NCBI RefSeq assembly: GCF_001194135.2
Contig: NC_069000.1
Location: forward strand, 9,299,843 to 9,363,842
Source: Octopus bimaculoides
Lineage: Eukaryota
Length of the DNA: 64,000 nucleotides
Reading direction: 5' to 3'
The translations under genes were made by a program, and so were the position numbers. Below, piece after piece: positions 13,300-24,510 of the stretch. Within the stretch, counting starts at the first letter, position 1. Each line of letters begins with the position of its first letter. The notes under the pieces are model-generated. The model was given only the letters and a program-made list of their open reading frames with translations. It was not told where the DNA came from and did not search any database.

Positions 13300-14380
13300 A
13301 TCAATAGAATTCCAATGAAATGCAGGTTTGGAGAAGAGAGATTGTACAAAGTGTAAGATGTGATTCAAAGGAGATATTACTGTGGTTTCTTGCCGGTCAA
13401 GCAACTATGTGCATTGTTTGGCATGTGCAACAGATTAACAGTAACAAGAGAAGGAATGGTAATTACATCTTAATAACATACCTATAATTGCCTAGTCTTC
13501 AGTGATTGACTCTCTACAAAGCTAAAGTGCAACCCACATTACAGTTTTCACCCACATATAAAGGATCATCTTATCGCAGCATGCAAAAATATTTCAGACT
13601 GCATTCAAAAAAGCAATCTAGTTGATTAGGAAATATTTACTAACCAACATACAACAACTACTGATCCACAAATGTGGTATGCTCTAGCTCTACTATTACT
13701 ACAACAAAAATAAATAGCTTCTGTTTATCTGAACTAACAGACTGCGTAATACTTCAAGTCCACCTAAAGTACTTCAGAGTCTGAGATTTATAATTTGAGA
13801 GATTTACTTTTGTGTGATCCTTATGCATTTGGGATGAAGCACAAAACAGTTTCCTTGATGTATCTAGCAATTGTGTTTTGGCAGTGTTGAAAAGGACTGA
13901 GTTTTCATGTAAATATTCAGGATGAATGAGATTTCTGTTTGTGGAAGCTGTGCAAGTTTGTTATGAGACTGTTTAGTTACCTGTGGATGGTGTTTGTGTG
14001 CAAAATGTTGAGGAAGAGACTGTACAGTCTATGTAGATTGGTGCATATGGTTAAAAGTAACAGCAAGCAGGTCTACAGAAAGAAGTGAGTAACTTCCTGC
14101 AGGTGTTTCAGGTGATTTTTTTTTTTTTTGTCTCTACAGCTGCAGATTAATTGAAGGTGAGCAATCTGATTATTAGAAGGGGGTGTAAGCTTTGGGTTGT
14201 GTGAGAAGGATGATTGATTACTTGCTTAGATGGGTCAGGGGTGAATCATATTGGCTTTAAGGGTGGTCAGCATTAAATTGGAGGTGATCCAGCCAGTTAG
14301 CTTAACTCTGGAAATTCTAAACTGCATATATTTGTAGCTGTCGCCAAGTTCCAACCTACTTGTATCCACAGTTCATGGTG
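13300..14380 (-). mobile_element. Decayed CR1/L2/Jockey-group LINE reverse-transcriptase 3' fragment
   Basis: Minus strand 13863-13918 translates to EYLHENSVLFNTAKTQLLD, resembling the NLVLFNASKTQFL motif after the RT YADD box. LTGWITSNL lies upstream and YHICGS (Y.SHIWGG-like) downstream, in the correct order. Confidence 0.6.
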
Positions 14381-14619
14381 TGTTGTTTGGAGTTGAAAAA
14401 CAGGAACTAAGTACTCTTCTGTACAAGAAACAAAGTTCAGTCTAATTTTAGAAAGAACTTCCTGCCAAAAGATTTCCTGCTTACATCATGTGCATTAAAT
14501 CATTGCGATTTACTGAGCGAATTGCATCAGATTTTCTTCTTCTCTTCTTCTACATACAACAGTGAAACCTTAAACAAGGAATCAGTTTGGTGATTTAATT
14601 AATGATTTAATTAGAGAAA

Positions 14620-15900
14620 GAAATCTGAAACATGGAGAAGATGATCAAAGTGATATTTCAATGTCATCTGTACATTCCTGCAGATGGAATGATTTGGATT
14701 TGAATTTATACTCAGAATCATTCATTAGTGATGATGAAATAGATTCTGAGTAGAAGTGAAGTAAATTCATAGTTGATCATCACATCAATACTTTCATAAG
14801 TAATTTGAGCCTCACAAAACCTTTGAGCTTAGAAGCAAAACTTGCACAGTATTTTCTTCAACTTTCCCTAAAGATATTGTGAGGATAAGCAATGAGACCA
14901 CAAGATATGTACATCAATTTCGGAATACCAGCTTCATTACATCAATAGAGGAGATAAAAGTATATATTAGAATGCTGTATGTAAGGACAATGGCTGCTTT
15001 ACTATTTTTAATGAATCTTGTGAATATATAAGAAAATAGATTTTTTTTGTAAATCTTCTAAATATAAGTAAAAACATCTACTTGTAATCGACTTAACCTA
15101 CCTGCATAGGTGACAGTAACACAACTATTCACTTACCACATTTCTACAATTCTAGAACTTGTTTCAGACTTGATATGTAAATACTAATTTAGATTATATG
15201 GCTTAAAAGTGCTGCAGTGTGTTCTAGCCCAAGTGTAGCAAATTGTTTTTTCTTACTTGTAATCACATCATTTCAACTTCCAAAGCACACAAATAAACCA
15301 ATTGTTTGTCCTGTGTACCCACTCTCCTTTAACATATAGCACATCCAAACATAAAAAGCATACAAAAAGTAAAGTAATCTTATTTTTGTTTTTGCACCTT
15401 GATTATTTACATGTAACAGCCAATTGGTAAAAATCAAGAACAGATAAAAAACCACATTCTCAGTGTGGACCAACATCCATTACATCCTATCATCCAGTTT
15501 CATTTATATTGATGCTATAGTCATATTTTGTGATTTTTATAATGAACTAGCTACATTTTCATAAAAACCTCTAATTTTTAACAAGAGAGATTTTACACTG
15601 GGAAATCACTATAGGACTTTAAAAGTTAAAGTACCCAAGGGTTCTTTTTATTAGTAAATGTGATAAGATGATACAGAGTACAATTCTTTGGTTAGTTTCA
15701 AATGAGCCAATAGGAGAAGCAAAGACTGGGATGGTGAGGAACAAGCTGGGTTTCTAACTGTTAAAGGCATCAAGAATGTTTAGCAAAAAATGTATAATGC
15801 TGTTCAACAATGCTACACAGAAAGAATCAGAAGGCAAATGAATTGTATTTGTGTTCAAAATGCAACACTTTTATTTATGGTTTTCAAACAATGCTGAACA
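14620..15900 (+). mobile_element. Decayed, internally deleted piggyBac transposase relic
   Basis: Acidic N-terminus (LYSESFISDDEIDSE), then YFLQL/FPKDIVRISNETTRYVHQF...TSIEEIKVYIRML (about 14845-14985), then NEPIGEAK near 15700. A C-terminal Cys cluster QQCYTERIRRQMNCIC/CSKCN follows near 15805-15870. Confidence 0.6.
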
Positions 15901-17824
15901 AATGTATATTACAGGAAAATTTAGTGTGTGCAAGCAATCAAAACTTTACACCTTCAGTCAGACAAGAATAACATAGCAAGGCATGAATATGTTCAGTTGC
16001 ACTTACTAATTATTACAGGTTCTTTAGGTTGGAGCTGAATATCCATCTATAGCACAAAGTTGGACAACTAGTCTTGTTGAAGCAGTCAGTTTCAGCCAAC
16101 AGGATAACACGATATAATAAGCCTCATAATGGCTTAAAAAAGGAAGATGAATGTCAAGTGAAGAAGTGGGCATAAGGATTCTGAGCTGCTAAAAAAAACT
16201 TAACTCAGTAGTCATAGTGACTAAGAAATTGAACAAGTCATCTTTCAGGTTCTAGATGAAGCTGACAGAATGAGAAGTTTGACAATACATTGTTAACAGT
16301 TCAACGTCTTCACAGCAACTAACTCAACTTTTAGTTTTTAGATGTGCATTAGACTTGGGCAGAAATTGCTTGAATTTGCGCAACGCCAACCTTAACTAGG
16401 CAGTGTCTGTCCCAAACAACTAACTCGTGCTGCAGTAAAAAAATTAATTTATCATGTCTTACTACAAAAATTTCAAGTGTTATGTCAGTCTAATTATGGG
16501 TGGGTGAGGAGATTAAGGAGTATATACAGCTTAGTAAATGTTTTTGCCTTTGTGGTGCAAGTGTCAGAACCAAGAGAAATTGTATTTCTTTTCTTTTTCC
16601 TAAGGCAAAACAGATCTCCCAAAATACCGATATCTTCTTCTACCAATAACATACATACTTATCCAAACTTCACAAGATAAATTGATTTGTTCTTTAAGAG
16701 CAGGAATTTTCACTGACAACTTCATCATGAAACAAAGATCATTTTAAATTTATGTTGGATACCTGTATAAAGCCCCAGCTAACACCAAACAGTTTTTACC
16801 TTACTGTAAAGCTGTGTTTTCTGCCTGTCTCTTCTATTACTACTACAACCACTTCTGCTTTTCTGAAGTTTTTCAGGGTATCTACATCCACTTAATGCAT
16901 CTGCTTCACTTCTCTCTCTCTCTCTCACTTCTACTGTGAATCTATACTAAATACTTTTAGTGCTGTTCTCCCTAGGACTGCTTCCGGTTGAAACTCTTTC
17001 ATTGTTCATATTTTCCCCTCTATTAAGTACAAGTTCTGTCCCAGGCAAAATATTCAATGATGCAACAATTGTTTGTAACCCCCTTGACTCACTCACTAAA
17101 CTAGGACAGTGAGTGCTTTGGCTTGATGTATCTCCACACAAAAGGATGGCTACTTACTAAATTTGGCAACTATAAATATATTTATTTATTTATTCAATTC
17201 TAAAAGAACAGTCTAAACTCTCAAATAATTATATTAAAAAGGTTTGCACAAATGAACAAATTAAATTTAATTCACCAACTTTGCAGAAAATTAAATTTGT
17301 AATATCTTAGATGGAGACAACTCAAACCACAATTTAATGGAGGAAGTGGGGATAAGGAATGCTCCCTGTGATAAGGATACCAATCACTTAACAATCAACA
17401 TCCTGTCTTCAACTGCTCTCCTAACAATTTAAACATTAGCCACATAAATTTCATATAATTATCTTTAATCCACTGGCAGCGAAGGTCAGAAAAGGCTATG
17501 TGACACTCTGCTACCACTACTACAACCACCACCACCACCACCACCACTGCCACCAAATGAAAAAGAAAGTTTCATATCTCTTCTTCCTTGTCTATAGAAA
17601 CTTAAGATCTTGTGTTTTATACAAAAGAAATCAATATTGCATTCAGTTGTAAATGTTTGTGAAAACTTAACTTATTTTAATAAGAAAACATCTCATTAAT
17701 ATAGATGTTTAGCTTCAGAAATGTAAGTTCATTTCTGAAATAAATGATTGTAGCTTAGTTTTCATCAATGTTCCAATGAATATTCAGCTGATCATTATCT
17801 GTTGTTAATTGATAAAAGTGGAGC

Positions 17825-18020
17825 AATGAATAGCAGAATTAATAGAACATTGGACAAAATGTGCTGCAGTTTTTAGTTCTATCCATTTACATCCTGACTT
17901 CAAATTCTGCTAGAGTCTTTGCATTTCATCCATCTACAGTCAATACAAAAAGTACCAGATCAGTTCTGAAGAGCTAATTTAACTGACTGTGCCCTTCCTC
18001 AAAATCTGTGACCTTTTGCT
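17825..18020 (+). mobile_element. SINE family B, degraded
   Basis: TTCAAATTCTGC...GCATTTCATCC...AAAAGTACCAG...AACTGACTGTGCCCTTCCTCAAAAT matches the reverse complement of 7160-7370. Confidence 0.55.
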
Positions 18021-18174
18021 ATTGTAATGAAATCATTCTTTGATGAAAGCAATGTAGACATTTTTGGGGTGAAAGCTTTTAAAATATTTGTTCTTCCATT
18101 TTCTCAGTGAGAGGAAAAAGAGCAGTGACTATAGCTAGAATATAAAAGTAAAAGTACTGGGTCTTTAATCTGAA

Positions 18175-18587
18175 TTTTATCTTTTATTTGTTTCAGAAAA
18201 TGGACTGTGGCCATGCTGGGACACTGCCTTGAAGAGCTTAATTCAATATATTGCCCCCAACATAGGTTTTTCTTAACTCTGACACTAATTATATTAGTAT
18301 CTTTAACCAAAGAGCTAAGTTACAAGAACATAAACAAACCAACACCATTTGCCTAGTAGTTGGGGTGGGTACAAAAACGTGTGTGTGGGTGTATATATAC
18401 ATACATATATAATGGGCTTCTATACAGTTTCCATCTACCAAATTCACTCACAAGGCATGATAGGCCCAGAGACATAGAAGGCACTTGTCAAAAGTGTCAT
18501 GCAGTGGGACTTGAATCCCAAACTATGTGGTTGTTAGTGGATTTGGTAGTAAAGAAGAGCTTTTTAACTACACAGCCATGCCTGTAC
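18175..18587 (-). mobile_element. Full-length tRNA-derived SINE family A with tail type 1
   Basis: The head on the minus strand is GTACAGGCATGGCTGTGTAGTTAAAAAGC...TTCAAGTCCCACTGCATGACACTTTTGACAAGTG (A/B-box-like tRNA head plus core). A central microsatellite follows, then a tail ending CCAGCATGGCCACAGTCC..CTGAAACAAATAAAAG. Confidence 0.85.
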
Positions 18588-18819
18588 CTGAGAAAGATTC
18601 TTAAATGTAGAAAAGCATGAGTAAAGAAGGAGTTCTGGATGTATGCTGGTTGAAGTATTTGTTTATTATCAACTCAATGAAGCAAACCTTTTACAATTCC
18701 ATTTCTTTATAAATAGAAACTCCTCACTATCTTCCAAAATTCATTTAGTGTTGAGTCAATTGCAATCAGCAGTTTAATTAATTAACAATATATAACCAAA
18801 ACACTCACACACACACACA

Positions 18820-19035
18820 TGAGGGGGTTCTGAAAAGTTCCTGGCTTTAAGGGTATCATGAAAGGCCTGGTTGGAGACCTAACCTTCTGAGTTCTTTTAC
18901 AGGACTTAGTGAAACTGAAGGACCATCGCAGTAAGTGTGTGAATCTGAGAGAGGAATATGTTGAATAAAATCATAATTAACTGATCCGTCAGTATTTCTT
19001 TTACCCAAAGCTGGGAACTTTTCAGCATACCCTCG
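18820..19035 (+). mobile_element. Mariner-derived MITE (~216 bp) with ~29-bp imperfect TIRs
   Basis: Left end TGAGGGGGTTCTGAAAAGTTCCTGGCTTT. The reverse complement of the right end is CGAGGGTATGCTGAAAAGTTCCCAGCTTT, followed by TA at 19036-19037. The interior encodes ...LVKLKDHRSKCVNLREEYVE*, a mariner transposase C-terminus. Confidence 0.85.
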
Positions 19036-19956
19036 TATATCATATTTTAGAAAAAAGTTTATAGTTGTTTTAAAGAAAATGTAAAAAATCATAAGAAATT
19101 ATTTGTCAAACATTAATATAAAACAAAATTCTACTATGCCATAAATACTTAAAGTAATTATAGTGTTATGTCAAATAATAAACCCCAAAATATCAATGTT
19201 ACGTAGGCGAGAAGAAAATATTTAAGATAAGATAGAAGAGAGTCAATACCCATGGTTGTTAAAAGCCATAATTACAAAGTTGATCACTTGTACCATTTTA
19301 CAAAGGAACAGTTACGAAAGCTAAGCCATTAACATTCTTTTTTACTTCCAGCAGAGTTTGTTATGTTTGTGCTAGCTTGTGGACTGCTAAATTAACTGAC
19401 ATGTTATTTCACGCTGCTATTTACCATACATTTCTTGACTATTTTTCATAGTTTATAACAACATCTTTCATTTCTTGTAAAACAATATTCAGTGTACCAA
19501 CTATCTATCAGTTAATTGTTAGACTGGTGTTGGACAAAACAGGATAACATTGAAGATACCCTCGAAATACCAAGAAAAATAGTAATGCTCTTATCAACCA
19601 ACAAAAGTAAATTTGAAATATATCCTTTAAGTAATCTCAATTGCTATTTGCACTCAATGGTTAAGTTTTGATAACCCCTTTGTAATTTTATTATTTTATC
19701 TTTTGCATGGAATAATTATAATTTGCTTAAGCATCCCAAATTATCAGACCTCACTGGAAGCTGCTCGTTTTAATGTGAATAAAACCAAATCCAAAATTCT
19801 ATTATTCCTAATTCATTCAAAAGTTATCTTTATGATGGCTAAAGGCATTGTTGTTTAGCTCTGACTGAGTATTATCAAAGGTTTTCCAACTATGATTATA
19901 GATATAGGTGCAGGCATACATACATACATATATACATATGTGTGTGTGTGTGTGTG

Positions 19957-20010
19957 TCTAGCAGAAATACCCGGCATTGCCAATGTTAAAAAAAATAATG
20001 AAACTTAAAA
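19957..20010 (+). mobile_element. Possible Helitron/Helentron-type non-autonomous element terminus
   Basis: TCTAGCAGAAATACCCGGCATTGCC resembles the CTAG..ACCCGGCGTTGC..GG start of Helentron-associated short elements. It retains CCGG in a CpG-poor background. Confidence 0.35.
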
Positions 20011-20504
20011 ACACTATCTAGATTACGCAGGTCTCAACTGCTAGTACCTGAGATACCAACTTTGTATGTTAACTCTGCAACCCATGCCAACATGGAACAT
20101 AGACGTTAAGTGACATGTGGAAAGAAAGTTTTCAACTAATATATGTATATGACGTAAATACATGTTTGTCTAACTTATTTCGTAACCAAAAAACAGGTAC
20201 AGATTATAAACAATGAAAGGCCATGCTTAGAGTACACACTACGATGATGATGATGATGATGACGATGATGATTTAGCATCCATATTCTATGCTGGCTGCT
20301 TTTTCTAGTTGGTTAACTGATTTGCATAGTCTTTTTTACTGGCTTGTGATAGTTGCAGTAATGTATCTTTGTAGGCCAAATGTATTTTAAGGTTAATAAA
20401 AACAACCCTAAATATGCTTCTATTATAAATATTTCTATTTTTAAAAAAACTAGAGGGTTACCCATCATTTATTAGTAACTTTGGAAGTATACTTTTGCCA
20501 TCAG

Positions 20505-20640
20505 GAAATATGGCCAAGGTTGACTCTGCCCTTCATACTTTTGGGGTTGATAAAATAAGTACCACTTGAGCAGCAGAATCAATGTAACTGACTTACCCCT
20601 CCCTTAACTTGCTGGCCTTGTGCCAAAATTTGAAACCAAT
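20505..20640 (+). mobile_element. SINE family B, 3' part
   Basis: GCCAAGGTTGACTCTGCCCTTCATACTTTTGGGGTTGATAAAATAAGTACCA...GACTTACCCCTCCC...GGCCTTGTGCCAAAATTTGAAACC. Confidence 0.75.
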
Positions 20641-21258
20641 ATATTAACATCATGTCCCTTAGTAACCTTAGATTTTTCAGTAAAAATTTATAACATATCA
20701 TATATCCTGAAAATTTGCCTACAGTAGTAGTTGTCAAAATATTTGTGAATTTAGTGCAAAAATTTTAGTAACATTTCAGACAAAGTCAAGGTCATGATTC
20801 TTTTGAATATGTGTACGGAAGAAAAATATCTACTACTGTGATTCCTTCTCGTTAAAAATAATTGCAATAAGATATAGGTCAGAGGCAATGGAATCTAGTT
20901 GAAAGCATATGAAATTGAATGTGTTTAGTTTACATATGTTCCAAATGCAAACAGATCAATAACTATGCTTTCCTGAATGCATCTTGCTGTTAAATAATAT
21001 ATTAAAGTGACTAGAATTAACAAACATTTGCAGGAGAAACAAATTAAACTACTTAGAGAAATCAGAATATTTGAAACTTGATCATGAACTTTCCTTTAGG
21101 TATTAAATTTATAGATATATTTCATACAGTAATCAAAATATGCCATATATGAACTACACCTTATATTATTTTTATAATAATTATACATGTGTGACAAACT
21201 TCCTTCTTTTGCTTAGTTGAAACAAAGAAAGATTTTTTCCACTCTCCCAAAGTACAAC

Positions 21259-21263
<5 letters not shown>

Positions 21264-21316
<53 letters not shown>
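21264..21316. repeat. (CA)n microsatellite
   Basis: Direct reading. Confidence 0.98.
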
Positions 21317-21318
<2 letters not shown>

Positions 21319-22769
21319 TACATATATACATGTACATGACAGATTTCTTTCAGTTTCCATCTGCCAAATCAACTTATATATATTGTTTACTTTGGGAGAG
21401 TCATACTGCCAATAAAACACATACACTGATTGTATTTCATTTTGGTTTTATTATCAATTAATTAGATTGATTAATCAAGTAATTGGTTAATGAACTAATT
21501 AGCTAATTAACTGATATTAAAACTAAAGTGGAATACAAGCAGTGCATGCATTTTATAGTAGTACAATATCTATTACAACATATGATTTCATATCAAGAAA
21601 CTTGTAAGATAAAATAAAACATATCTTTCAGAAGCTGACCAAAACTATACATTCATTCATAACATAGTATAATATTTTCTTAATATGACATTCTATTACT
21701 AGAAGTAACATCATTTCCAACCAAAACATAATGAACAGAGAAATTCACATTATCCAAAAAAAATAATAATGATAATAAATGAAAAACTAAACTTAATTGG
21801 TAAGCAGAGCTGCAATTTTAGCTATGATAACTGTGTGATTGCTAATTATCGAGAAAATAATCAGTTTGGATTCTGTGAGAAAACATTGAAACAAAAGTGT
21901 TACATTTTACATGCTTTGATATGAATATGAGAGAGAAATTGTTTAAAAGTATTTAATACTACTGGAGAGATCTAACACAGACTATAAAAGTTGACTGAGG
22001 ATTGTAAAATTATATTTAAAAAATAATGGAAAGCTATATTTCAATTCATATTTTTAAACCTTAAAGAAACCAGTTTATTTCTTGTTTTTGGTGAAAAAAT
22101 CCTATACAAATAATAAAACTAAAATTCATGTGCAATGAAAACAAATTTGAGGTTAGGAGTAATCCTTTTTAGTTCACTGGTATGTGCTTGTGAATTAATA
22201 TAATAGTCATCACATTCCTTGATACATTCTCATTACTCCTCTTGTTCCCCATTCTCTCTTCACTTTACTCTCTCTTTAGCTGTCTTGAAATCCACCCACC
22301 CACAAAACAGCAGCATTATACCCAAGACAGAATTTTCCTTATAGCCACTGCAGCTGGACTTGCTTGTCCAGTATTGGCCAAGTCAGTTATCAACAAGCCT
22401 GCAGTCTATGTAGACAGTTTGTTTCATGAATCTTCACTTACATATCTAAGTCATGATGATGTAAAATAAATAAAAACAAATAATATAAGATTAAGTGCAC
22501 ACACCTCTCCCACTGAATTTATATTTGATTTTATTTTTCCTTTCCTACTTTTATAACCTAGTCAGTATTTCAATCCAGTAAAATTAAAATAAAAACAATG
22601 ATGAATAAAGATACTAATTGTTTCACTTCTTTTATTTTATAGTCATCACCTGAGATACAGTCTTTATAGTGTCTCCTTCATAGTGATGTAACTCCTTTAA
22701 GGGATGAAAACATTTAAGATATAAAAGAAACAATGAAAAATTATGTAAAGAATGTAATAATCTTTAATA

Positions 22770-22918
22770 AATACAAATTCTAAAGCAGGAACTGTTTGAT
22801 CTTTATTAATCCACTCAAAATATTCATAATTAGCTCTACTTTCTTTGATGTACTGAGTACAAAATGCTTCCTTTTCAGCTTTCCACTAACAAATTCCTTC
22901 TACTGGTCTTTCAGACAT
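22770..22918 (-). mobile_element. pogo/Tigger-like transposase N-terminal HTH (psq-type) fragment
   Basis: ATG at 22918-22916 reads MSERPV. After a 1-nt shift the frame reads GKLKRKHFVLSTSKKVELIMNILSG, resembling the KRK...LS...KVE start of Tigger/Jerky proteins. Confidence 0.5.
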
Positions 22919-23349
22919 GGTACTGAATGACAATTGTAATAAATTGAAGTAAATAAATAAGTATAGAGAAGGGTAAGTGCACAAGTTAAAACAGCACAGC
23001 TGAGTGGTGCAAACTACTACAAAACCTGATAGATTCAAAACTAAACAGTTCTTTTTGTTATTGTTTGGTTTTGAACTAAGATACATGAAGAGGTGTTCCT
23101 TACAATTTTTGTTTTGCAAATTTTTATTCCTTGATTTATCCCTGTTGCAATGGCACCTAAACATAGACTGTGCACCACTGCAGTCTGTGTGAGTACAAAA
23201 TAAACAAAGTAAAATCATAACATTACAAACTAATTTAGAAGTGTCACAGAGATTCAACGATGAACAGTGAGTTGTAGATATTCGAAGAGTTCTGTCTACA
23301 ACTAACAACTGTATAAACAATTCACAGTAACACCAAAATAAAGAGCCTT

Positions 23350-24090
23350 TGCTTAAACTGTAACAGCTTTAGCTGCAACAAAATCAACCAGGAATAGAAC
23401 CAGTATAATGGAAAATATAGGAAAACTTTTACTCAAAGGACAGCATAGCTACACACCAGCATACCTCTCTATGTTTGCTGCTTATTATAAAAATGCAAGT
23501 TTTAAGTGTAATTGATGACCTTAAGAAAAAACAGTGTATAGGGAAAATTAAAATTTCATTGCAAATTGTGGTTCATATGAGCAGTTCAAGAATTCTCTAA
23601 AATTGTAGGGTATAAAGTAACAGGTGAGTCTGTAAGTACCAACAAAGATACTGCAGCTGCATTTCCAGTTTTACTGAAAAATATTATTGACAAGGATACA
23701 TACTGCAGCAAATTTTTAACATAGATGAATCAGGCTTGATATTGAAACAAATGCCAAAACAAACTTATTTTTTAAGAAGGAAAAACAGCACCAAAGTTCA
23801 AGGCTGCCAAAAATTGCATAAATCTCCTACTAGGTGGTAATGCATCATGAGATGTAAATTTTTAGCCACCACCTTTTTATCATTGAGACACCACAACGCT
23901 ATGAAAGGCTAATCTAAATACCTTCCCTTTATATGGCAATCAAATAAAGAGGCATAGCTCACAAGAACAGTGTTCCAAGATTAGTTTACTATGTATTTCT
24001 ACCCAGTTGTCAAAGAATATTGTCAGCCTAAGAACCTTGGAAATAAAACCTTGCTATCTGTGAACAATATTCTTCTCACTAGTCATGTTT
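23350..24090 (+). mobile_element. pogo/Tigger transposase pseudogene fragment (CENP-B HTH plus start of DDE domain)
   Basis: Broken frames give AATKSTRNRTSIMENIGKLL, KVTGESVSTNKDTAAAFPVLLKNII, QIFNIDESGLILKQMPKQT, APKFKAAKNCINLLLGGNAS, PFIWQSNKEA and NKTLLSVNN. These are the Tigger motifs in order. Confidence 0.85.
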
Positions 24091-24404
24091 AAGGTACAAC
24101 TGTAGTGTCCATATCTTTAGCTGGTGTAGATAAAGTAGAATATTTAAACTAACAACAGATTGGGATTGTAGTTTAGAAAAGGTAGTCCTTATGGTCTGAA
24201 GAAAGTGGTTGAAAGTGAAAATGTCTCCATGTACTAAATAGAGGAGAATGGTCAGCAGAGGATATCTTCATTATACTAGATAGAGGAGAGTGGTTGATAG
24301 AAGGAATCTCAATGGCATAAGGCAGAGGGTTAGGTAGCGCACCAGTCCAAAACTAGTGTAGCTTATGTTTTGTACTTTTATGTCCTACAACAACAGGATC
24401 TGAC

Positions 24405-24510
24405 AAACTACCAGACTGAAATACTGTTGTGAATATGATTGACTAAACCCTTGAAGGCAACATTCCAGTATGGCCAAGGCCCAAAAACTGAAACTAATAA
24501 AAGAATTAAG
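24405..24510 (+). mobile_element. SINE family A tail type 1, 3' end
   Basis: GACTAAACCCTTGAAGGCAACATTCCAGTATGGCC...ACTGAAACTAATAAAAGAAT matches 5510-5560. Confidence 0.6.

Noticed and set aside
17709-17740. 10-bp stem hairpin TTCAGAAATG-TAAGTT-CATTTCTGAA (similar ones near 6260-6285 and 32146-32169)
   Set aside because: The stems do not extend and are too short for a miRNA or MITE. Chance level.
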